A stretch of 63,015 nucleotides of DNA, counting the filler, from an uncultured Methanosarcinales archaeon (GTDB lineage: Archaea; Nanobdellota; Nanobdellia; Woesearchaeales; JACPBV01), in assembly GCA_964492935.1 (NCBI GenBank). It is 3 parts of 2 records of this genome, joined end to end, with 100 filler letters (N's around TTAATTAATTAA, not from the genome) between each part and the next. Parts side by side here need not be neighbours in the genome. Positions count along the whole stretch, not along the records: positions 1 to 28,300 come from CAZBLF010000001.1; 2 more parts are not named here. The stretch is one strand, 5' to 3'. Positions 8,831 through 17,300 of this stretch are shown piece by piece (the stretch's first letter is position 1; every line of letters starts with the position of its first letter). The notes below the pieces were generated by a model. It was not told the origin of the DNA, did not search any database, and saw nothing but the letters and a program-made list of their open reading frames with translations. Made by a program: the position numbers and the translations under genes.

Positions 8831-11089
8831 ATGGATTTTGGAGCAGGAAGAGCATATGGGAACGCGCCGATGAGTAGTTACTCTAACGCGATGGATCCTG
8901 AGATGTATAATGGGAGTCTAGATGGAACTCCGGATACGTTTACTCCACCTAGTGTTAAAGATGTTGGGATGAGTGTTCCGATGGGAATTTCTGCTCAGAA
9001 CGCGGCAGGCATTTATTCTAAGATTCGGATGGGTGCGGGTAGTATAGAGATTGGTTTTCCGGGGAAGTATTCAGGTAATCGGCAGGCGATGACGCCAGGA
9101 ATGTTTGGAGAGGATCAGCGGCAGGCGATTAAAGAGATCTCGAAGTTGAATGAGGTTAACTTGACGACACACGCTGCGTATAACATCATGGGATTGATGG
9201 GACAGGATCAGCGAGGAAATTTATCGATCAACAATGCGATGATGGATGTGGAGGAGATTAAGGCTGCTATTGATTTCGCTGCAGATACGGCTGGCGGTGG
9301 TTCGGTTGTAGTGCACACTGGAGAATGGGAAAGGCCGATGACGGATATGGTTATTGATGATGAGACTGGTGGCGATCGTACGAATTTAGGTTGGGATATT
9401 GATGGTTCTGGGCGGAATATGTTTCGGCAGCGTCCTTCAGAAATAGCGGATGCACAGTTTACGTTGATAGATGATAGAGATAGTAGGATTTATGAGCAGG
9501 TGCAGAAGGATCGGAAAATTCATTATCCTAACTGGAAGACTGCGGAGACAGATAACGCTAATGGATATGATCAGGATGGAAATCCTACTCCTATTCGGGC
9601 CGGAGATTATGTGGATTATGAGGGTAGGAAAATTAAGGATGAAAATATTTATGATCCGGTTGATGGGCGTGTTCCGGAATTCGATATTTCGGGACAGCGG
9701 TTCAAGACAGTGGAACGTGATTTTGAATACTTTAAGCGGGAGGCTTCCGATAAGAATGAGTGGTTGCAGCGTAATTGGCAGAAGGTTGCGTATGAAAAAG
9801 GATTTACTACACGAGAGGAATTCGATAAGAATTGGTACTATATCAAAATGTATCCGGAGGAAGCTTACTTGAGAGCTACCTTGGAAAGTAATGAAGGGTA
9901 TGCTCGAGGATGGGCTTTGTCGTTTAGTGAACGAGTGGAGAGTCAGGTTAAACAGTTAGATAAGCTGAGGGAAGCCAGGACGTATTACGAAGATTTGAAA
10001 TCGAAGGTGCCGGCTGATGAACAGTGGAAGATTATGAAGCAGGACACACAGCTGTTTAATCAGACTGGAGGGATTGTTCCCCCTGAGACTAAGGATCCCG
10101 TACAGTATGTGGATGATCAGATTCGTTCGGCTGAGGCCAATTTAGAGTATGCTCGACTTTCGGCTGTTTCGCAGGAGGCGCAGGCTAGAGATACAGCGGT
10201 GACGAAAGAGCACTTGATTACGCCGATTAAGCGTTTTGAGAAGGTTACGAGTCAGATGTATGCGATGGCGGCTATTCACGCGATGCGTAAGTCGTCGGAT
10301 CCGGATAATCCGGTTACACTTGCCATTGAAAATATCTTTCCGGATCGTTTTGGGAATCATCCTCAGGAATTGAAGTGGCTTGTTGGTAAGGTTCGGGAGA
10401 GGATGGTTGATATGTTGACGGAGGACCAGATTTTGTATGGGGATCAACAGGGTTATCCTAGCGAGGGTGCACAGGACCAATATGGTGCAAATCCATACAA
10501 GATTGCAGGGATGACTAAGGCTGAGGCTACGAAACGGGCAGAGGAGCATGTTAAGATTACTTTTGATACTGCGCACGCTAACTTATGGAGAAAGTACTGG
10601 CAAGAAGATCCTTCTCAAAGTCCAGAGCAGAATGAGTCTGGATTTAAGAGCTGGTATCTGGAACAATTTGAGGATTTGGCTAAGAATAAGATGATTGGAA
10701 ACATTCACTTGGTTGATAATTTAGGGCAGTGGGATGATCACTTGGCGCCTGGACAGGGAAATGCTCCGATTAAAGAAGTCATGCACATTTTAGAGAAGCA
10801 TGGCTATGATAAGGCTATTACTACGGAACCGGGTGCAGATGCATCTACTGACTTATCGGACTTTCACGGTTTGATGAAGACGTGGAGACATTTAGGAAGT
10901 CCCATTTATGGTGCTGGATTTGGGTCTGGTGCTGCTGGTGGCGGTGGGAGCGGAGGATCAGGTGGACCTGGGACTTGGGGAAGTGTTCAATATAGTTATT
11001 TCGGTCAGACGGAAGCTCCGCAATACACGTTTGGTGCGTATGCTCCAAGTAATGATTGGACGTTATGGTCGCAAGTGCCGATGGAATAA
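8831..11089 (+). CDS. Xylose-isomerase/AP-endonuclease-2-like TIM-barrel protein with large insertion
   Basis: THA, VVVHTG, LAIEN, TFDTAHAN, IHLVDN, DDHLAPGQG and TEPG motifs; roughly 320 aa inserted between VVVH and LAIEN. Confidence 0.75.
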   Translation: MDFGAGRAYGNAPMSSYSNAMDPEMYNGSLDGTPDTFTPPSVKDVGMSVPMGISAQNAAGIYSKIRMGAGSIEIGFPGKYSGNRQAMTPGMFGEDQRQAIKEISKLNEVNLTTHAAYNIMGLMGQDQRGNLSINNAMMDVEEIKAAIDFAADTAGGGSVVVHTGEWERPMTDMVIDDETGGDRTNLGWDIDGSGRNMFRQRPSEIADAQFTLIDDRDSRIYEQVQKDRKIHYPNWKTAETDNANGYDQDGNPTPIRAGDYVDYEGRKIKDENIYDPVDGRVPEFDISGQRFKTVERDFEYFKREASDKNEWLQRNWQKVAYEKGFTTREEFDKNWYYIKMYPEEAYLRATLESNEGYARGWALSFSERVESQVKQLDKLREARTYYEDLKSKVPADEQWKIMKQDTQLFNQTGGIVPPETKDPVQYVDDQIRSAEANLEYARLSAVSQEAQARDTAVTKEHLITPIKRFEKVTSQMYAMAAIHAMRKSSDPDNPVTLAIENIFPDRFGNHPQELKWLVGKVRERMVDMLTEDQILYGDQQGYPSEGAQDQYGANPYKIAGMTKAEATKRAEEHVKITFDTAHANLWRKYWQEDPSQSPEQNESGFKSWYLEQFEDLAKNKMIGNIHLVDNLGQWDDHLAPGQGNAPIKEVMHILEKHGYDKAITTEPGADASTDLSDFHGLMKTWRHLGSPIYGAGFGSGAAGGGGSGGSGGPGTWGSVQYSYFGQTEAPQYTFGAYAPSNDWTLWSQVPME

Positions 11090-11150
11090 TTCTGTTAGAT
11101 TTGGTGGTGATTGGGTATATTTTAAAAATAAACAGTACTTAGTTAGGCGT

Positions 11151-11612
11151 ATGGATGAGGAAGAAAAGGACGAGCTGTCAAAGCTTACACCGCGAGAACG
11201 CATTAAGCGACTGAAAGAACTTCAGGAAGCACGTAAGAAAGACATAGCGGAAGCTGAAAAACTCATTGAATCGAGTGAGGAGCAGGCTGAAGGAGATGAA
11301 TTAGCTGATCGTATTGAGGTTCCGGATTCTCGGATTGTAGATATTAGTTCGTTGTTTGGGCCGGAGGATGAGGTTGCAACGACCAAAGAGGAAGTTACTG
11401 AGGAGAATGTTAAATATTTCGTGCAGGAGGCGTATGATGCTGCTGTCGATGCGATGGAATCGGGACAGGAAGTTAATCGTGAGGCTATTCGCGATTTGGG
11501 CTCGAAATTGCAAAGCGTTAAATACATGCACCCCAGTGATGAGATTGCTAAAAGAGCGGTTGCCGCATTGGGCATTTTTTACGAGATTCGCAAAGAACAA
11601 GATGACGCATAA
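11151..11612 (+). CDS. Acidic coiled-coil hypothetical protein
   Basis: Likely start MDEEEK at 11151 after an AT-rich TATA-like stretch; the longer track ORF overlaps the previous gene. Confidence 0.7.
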   Translation: MDEEEKDELSKLTPRERIKRLKELQEARKKDIAEAEKLIESSEEQAEGDELADRIEVPDSRIVDISSLFGPEDEVATTKEEVTEENVKYFVQEAYDAAVDAMESGQEVNREAIRDLGSKLQSVKYMHPSDEIAKRAVAALGIFYEIRKEQDDA

Positions 11613-12135
11613 GGGTTTTGATATCATTAAGGCTGCATACGATAGGTCGTATACTGATCTGTTGAGAGTAGGTAAGATTCCTGCTCGTGACACGAAGATT
11701 GGTTTTTGGGGGCCTTCCGTTACACACGAGGTGTATGAGGCATTTCAGAAGATTCAGCTTTCTCGTAGTAAGCGTTTTTTAGATCTTGGAAGCGGGGATG
11801 GAAAGGTTGCTTTATTGGCTTCTCTTTTTTGTGATGAGGCGCATGGGGTGGAGTATGATGAGGCCTTACATTCGCAGGCAGAGGGGATGGCATCACAGCT
11901 AGGCATTTCTAATGTTGCTTTCTTTAATCGTGATTTTCATGATCATGCGTTATCGGAATATGATGCGATTTTTATTAACCCGGATAAGCCTATGAGTCGG
12001 GGTACGGAGAAGAAATTGGTAGATGAGATGACGGGTAGATTAATTGTGTACGGGCATCACTTTCATCCTACTGGATTGAAGATGCAGCGAGAGTTTTTAG
12101 TGGGCGATACTGCGATTACGGTGTTTAAGAAATAG
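11602..12135 (+). CDS. Class I SAM-dependent methyltransferase
   Basis: FLDLGSGDG motif I and GVEYD motif II; start moved to MTHKGF at 11602. Confidence 0.85.
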   Translation: MTHKGFDIIKAAYDRSYTDLLRVGKIPARDTKIGFWGPSVTHEVYEAFQKIQLSRSKRFLDLGSGDGKVALLASLFCDEAHGVEYDEALHSQAEGMASQLGISNVAFFNRDFHDHALSEYDAIFINPDKPMSRGTEKKLVDEMTGRLIVYGHHFHPTGLKMQREFLVGDTAITVFKK

Positions 12136-12137
12136 TT

Positions 12138-12223
12138 ATTGAAAATCTCTGGCGAGATTTTCAATCCCTCAGACCTACGGTAAATACTCTGACCTTTAGG
12201 TTGGAGATGGCCATCGGTCTGAG
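12138..12223. repeat. Cluster of hairpins between convergent genes
   Basis: 12-bp perfect stem ATTGAAAATCTC/GAGATTTTCAAT; CTCAGACC...GGTCTGAG enclosing CTCTGACC-TTTA-GGTTGGAG. Confidence 0.55.
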
Positions 12224-13003
12224 TTATTGGAAGAGAATTCCTTCTTTGGTTTGATTGTTATTCACTAGTTGTTGATACAGGTTCGATTTTTTAGTTCCTT
12301 TTAAGCCATTATACTGGACGATGTCGTTTTTTAGGGTTGCTCGGTACAGTAAGAAAATTCCTTCTTTTTCGTCGTAGATGACTGCTGTTTTGAGGTCTTT
12401 TTCGATCTCTTCTAGGAGTTCTGGTGCTTCTTTTTGTAGGAGTTTTTTGTTGGTGTTGGCAATCTTAATTGAAGGTTTGCAGTTGAAGTTGCAGGGGAAG
12501 TGGCTTAGTAATGCATGATCGAAGTGTCTTGCGGCGATGTTGGTTTGGAAGGGGAAGGTCTTGCCGCGAGAATTCTTGAGCGTTAATAGGGTGTAGTCGT
12601 TGCTCTTTTTTGAGTGTGTGTTGAAATGTTTTTGGAAGAAATCGCAGCAGCATTTGGGATAGCCGAGAGCAAGACCGAGTTCTTTGTGGTTTTGTTGTTG
12701 CTCTAGGTTTTTTAGGTTGTGGATGGTATCATGGGTATCGGCAATGTACATGAAACGGTAGCCGGGTTGATTGCTCGTGGTTGTGGTGCCTTTATCTGAG
12801 TAACTCGCATTCTGTTGTTTTTGGATTTTGAAATCGGATAATGCACAATGAAGATTGAGTTCATTCATTAAATCTCTATATTTCTTGATATTCGCGTCGT
12901 GGACCATGATTCTTGCTGCCGGTTTTACGTTATGCAGAAGGTAGAGGATTTCTAGCGATTTTATGTGCGAGATGCAGGTTTTTTGTATGGTTTTGAGCGT
13001 CAT
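12224..13003 (-). CDS. DUF483-like protein
   Basis: LGLALGYPKCCCDFF and HFPCNFNC motifs. Confidence 0.7.
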   Translation of the reverse strand: MTLKTIQKTCISHIKSLEILYLLHNVKPAARIMVHDANIKKYRDLMNELNLHCALSDFKIQKQQNASYSDKGTTTTSNQPGYRFMYIADTHDTIHNLKNLEQQQNHKELGLALGYPKCCCDFFQKHFNTHSKKSNDYTLLTLKNSRGKTFPFQTNIAARHFDHALLSHFPCNFNCKPSIKIANTNKKLLQKEAPELLEEIEKDLKTAVIYDEKEGIFLLYRATLKNDIVQYNGLKGTKKSNLYQQLVNNNQTKEGILFQ

Positions 13004-13072
13004 TGGGTTGTTACACTTGAATAGTACTAAACCTTTATATAGCTTGTTACTGTATATAAGTTCGAGGGGTAG

Positions 13073-13882
13073 ATGAAATTTGAGTTAGATAGGAAGGTAA
13101 ACCCTAATGTGGAGCGATACCATCGTGACGATTTGAGTATCGTTTATCGCTTTACTAAGGATGCTATCGAAGAGTTTGACAAGTTTCTGAAAGCGGTAGT
13201 GCTGTTCGGCAGTGCTGCAAGGCGTACTAAGGGTAAACACTCGGACCTCGATGTGTTGATGGTTATTGATGATTTGACGTTAACATTAACACCAGAACTT
13301 ACGGAGGCGTACCGAGTCATTGTTCAGAAGTTGATTGCTAAACATTCTACACGATTACATATTACTACGCTGCGTTTTAGTTCTCTTTGGGAATATATTC
13401 GAAATGGGGATCCGATTGCGATTAATATGTTGCGGGATGGTTTACCGATATTAGATACGGGCTTTTTTGAGCCATTACAGGCGTTGTTGAAGCGCGGTCG
13501 GATTAGGCCATCGGCAGAAGCGATTTGGACGTACTTTGTGCGGGCGCCGAATACCTTACACAATTCTAAATGGCATATCTTGCAGGCGACGGTTGATTTG
13601 TATTGGGCGGTGATCGATTCGGCTCACGCTGCGTTGATGAAGCATGGTGAAATTCCTCCATCGCCAGATCATGTCGCGGATTTGATGCAGGAGAAATTGG
13701 TGAAGCCGAAATTGATTGAGGCGAAATATGTTAAGGTGATGCGGAACTTTTATAGATTAAGTAAGATGATTACGCATCGCGAATTGAGAGAGATTAAGGG
13801 ACATGAATACGATAAATATTACAAAGAAGCTTCTGAATTTGTAGAACGTATGAGAACGTATATTGGTTGGAATAGAACTTAA
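13073..13882 (+). CDS. Minimal nucleotidyltransferase fused to HEPN-like domain
   Basis: LFGSAAR...SDLDVL (GS...DxD); C-terminal helical domain with AVIDSAHAAL...PPSPDH. Confidence 0.8.
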   Translation: MKFELDRKVNPNVERYHRDDLSIVYRFTKDAIEEFDKFLKAVVLFGSAARRTKGKHSDLDVLMVIDDLTLTLTPELTEAYRVIVQKLIAKHSTRLHITTLRFSSLWEYIRNGDPIAINMLRDGLPILDTGFFEPLQALLKRGRIRPSAEAIWTYFVRAPNTLHNSKWHILQATVDLYWAVIDSAHAALMKHGEIPPSPDHVADLMQEKLVKPKLIEAKYVKVMRNFYRLSKMITHRELREIKGHEYDKYYKEASEFVERMRTYIGWNRT

Positions 13883-13925
13883 TTTTCTGATATTTTAAAA
13901 AAAAAGAGAAAAAATAAAAAAAAGC

Positions 13926-14192
13926 TTATTCGCTTTTTTCTTCTGAAGATTCTTCGCTTTCGCTAGATTCTTCTGCAGCAGGTTCTTCGCTAGATTCTTC
14001 ATCTGAAGACTCTTCGCTAGATTCTTCTGCAGGTGCTTCATCTGAAGACTCTTCGCTTGAAGATTCCTCTGAAGATGAGTCTTCGCTGGATGACTCCTCT
14101 GTGGATTCTTCGCTTGAAGATTCCTCGTTGGATGACTCCTCTGAAGATGACTCTTCTTCTGAACTTTGATTTTCTGTTTCTTCTTCTGACAT
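13926..14192 (-). CDS. Highly acidic Ser/Glu low-complexity protein
   Basis: AAGGAGG RBS upstream; SSEE-type repeats; start 14192 or 14198. Confidence 0.6.
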   Translation of the reverse strand: MSEEETENQSSEEESSSEESSNEESSSEESTEESSSEDSSSEESSSEESSDEAPAEESSEESSDEESSEEPAAEESSESEESSEEKSE

Positions 14193-14310
14193 TTGCATTT
14201 CCTCCTTGTACGCTCTCTGAGCATAACAGTTAATGTTAGTTTTGGGAATCTACATCATTTATATAGATTTTGGTTTTTTAGACGTTATAGTGCTCAAGAA
14301 TGGGCATTTT

Positions 14311-17300
14311 CTATCCTCGTCTTTTTATCCAGAATCCTTGCCCAGGCATAATCGATTTTAAGACATTCAGTTCCCAGGGTTTATCTGGGTTGTAGGATGC
14401 CCAACTCCCATTTATTGCAACATACAGCGTGTCATTTTTGTACTGTTGAGAGATATTAATAGGATTATCATCCATTACTCCTCCTAAATACCAGTCCTCA
14501 CTAAACGTCTCGCTTATTGAAGCAGAAGAGTCTCCTTGTATTTGCACCATCGCTTTACTATCGGATTTTATCCAGTATCCATTTCCTAATTTGAATAATG
14601 AGGGGACATACATTTTGTTATTTGAATTGTTAAATGCGAATACTTTTTGTCCAAGACTATTTCCAAGAATGTTAGAGATATGCTCAGTTGTTGAATAGGG
14701 TATCGAGACCAAGTTCCATCCTGGTGATAGCGAAAGGTTGAAGTCCTTTTTATTCAATACATATACCTTCATCCGGGAAGGAGCATGTGCGTTACTATAT
14801 TGATATTCAATTTTTTCGTTTTGAGTGAATGCAGTGAGCATATTTCCCAGGGAGTCGTAGATGTAGGATACGTTGAATGGCCCTTGCGCGTTCGTTAATC
14901 TATCTAATTCATCATAGGAGAATTGTTTTCTTGTATTGTTATTGGAGTCTTCAATTGATTTGACATTTCCTACTTGATCGTATTCATATGAGAGTGTTTG
15001 TAGTGCAGCTGTTTGTATAGATTGTACTCTCAGAAGCTGGGGGTCGTAGGATTGAGTGGTGATAATTGTATTGTTATAGATTCTTTTTACTGGCAGTCCG
15101 GCTGCATTATATTCGATTTGTTCGATTACTGAAGGTATGGACACTAGAAGATTTTGGTTGTTGTACAGATAGATTACTTTTTCTCCGTTAGGGAGTTCTT
15201 TTCCTATTAGTCTATCCATTGCATCATATGAGAATTTTGAAATAAATGATTTGTCTAATGGGTCAATGGGGAGGATAGAGGTTCCTGTGGGTTGATTTTT
15301 TGGAGATCTCTGAATTCGCTTATTTTCTTGCGTTACTCTTTTTCTTTGATCGTAGGTGTAGATTACAAATCCATTCTGATTTACTATCTTACTCACCGTT
15401 CCAATCGTATTTTGATCATACTCATAGGAGATGGGACCTTCAGTGGTTTGTTTTTTGGTTATCCTATCAAGTGAGTCGTATTCTATGGTGATGGTATTTT
15501 TCTTATTATCAGTCTGTTCAATGAGATTTCCGACGGTATCATATTGGTAAGACCAATTTCCGAGATCGGGATCATTCATTCCTGTTTTTCTTCCGAGATC
15601 GTCATAGGTGTAGCTCAATACATTTCCTTTCTGGTCGATAACTTCTACAAGATTTCCGAGAGGATTGTAAGTATAGCTCGTGACGTACACTTCGTTTTTA
15701 TTGAACTCTTCTACTTGGACGATGTTTTGATTCGCATTATGGGAATAGCGTATCTTGTGATGATTTTGATCGGTTGCAGTTTGTACCCAGAGTTCATGAG
15801 TTATGGTTTGTTTTGATCCATCAGGTAGCTTTGTTTCTATACGTCTTCCGGGTGTATCGTAGCTGAATGAGGTTGCCGGTATTGAGGTATCTGCTTGAGT
15901 GAATCCTACGTCAGAATAATAGGGATTTGATTGTTTTGATAGTCGTTGACTGCTATCTAGAAGATAGTCTTTCGTAATGAATTTGTCGGTTGTTGATTCA
16001 GATTTTTCTTGGATCACATTACCAAAACCGTCAAGTATGGAGAGTGTATCGAACGTGTTGTCTGTTCCGCTTTGTTCACGACGTTGGACTTGTATTATAG
16101 ATGGTGCGGTACCGTCTTGGTCGTATTGGTAAGCGGTTGTTGGTTGCGATACTGAGTCATAGGGTTGAACTTCTTTTGTTATTCTTCCGAACTCATCATA
16201 TTCATAGGTAATGATGAATCCGTTTGGATCTTTACTTCTTACTACGTTGCCTGTACTGGTATCGAGGGTCCTGTATGTTATGTGGTCTAATGAGTTAATT
16301 TCTTCTATAATGAACGTTTTAGTTGGATCATAAATATATTGGGTTGTAGCTCCTTTCGCATTCGTTGTTTGTTTCAGATTTCCATTTGCATAGTAGTTGT
16401 AGCTTTGTGTTATTGTAGTACTGGCATCAGATTCATTGGCGTACCTTATTTGCTGAGTAAGTTCCCCTTTAGTAGGAGCTTCTTGAATCGATAGACCGTC
16501 ATATAGCAGATGGGTACGTGCTACAATGTTCTCATCGTCATCTTTTAGAAGGATGGTAGATGGCCGGTCAAGGATATTTTTTTGCTCATTAATTGAGTAG
16601 GAGATTACTTCCGTTGTTTCATCTCCTTCTATAGCTGTGTCTCCTTCGAATTGCTTTTTTATTATATTTCCAAAATCGTCGTAATTGTAAATTGTTTTTG
16701 TTGTTCTTGGATTATTGGTTATTCCATCATAAGTCTCATCAACTGTTTCATGGAGTAAGACTACTGTAGAGATTGCTTCGATAACATCGTAATTGAATAC
16801 TTGGCGTGCGAAATAGTTGAATACACTGTTTTGTAGGATAACTTCCTTGATGAGACCTTTTCTGTTTTTATCTTGGAAGAATAAGGTATCTTTTATGGAG
16901 GTGTCCGGTCTTGTTTCTCTTACTTCTTGGAATCCTCTGAATTCTTTTTCTTGTGGATCGTAGAGTCCGTTTTTGTAGGCGTAGGTGGTTGTTCCTTGCA
17001 CATTGTGAGGGCCAGGTACGCCGTTATCAGAGGTTACTTCGTTGACCAGCCACCCTGTAAAGCTAAGATCTGATTTCCCGTCTCCACCCGTATTATCAAC
17101 TGAGGTCATGGGTAGGTAGCTGATATCAATTGATCCTCCCTGACTGTTTACGATTTTCTTTAACAGATAGTTTTGGTCTGCTCTGTTGATCCAGGATCTT
17201 GCTTCGTTTTGTGTTGGAGAGTAGACTACATCGGGGACTCCGTCACCGTTCCGATCCATGAGGGTGGATGATCCTTCCACGAAATTTATGTGATCGGGGA

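Noticed and set aside
12203..12223. Fluoride riboswitch (GGAGATGG)
   Set aside because: The downstream pairing elements are missing and the site lies between convergent gene ends.
13895..14224. 109-aa Lys/Gln-rich ORF
   Set aside because: Alternative frame of the Ser/Glu repeat; the RBS fits the acidic frame.
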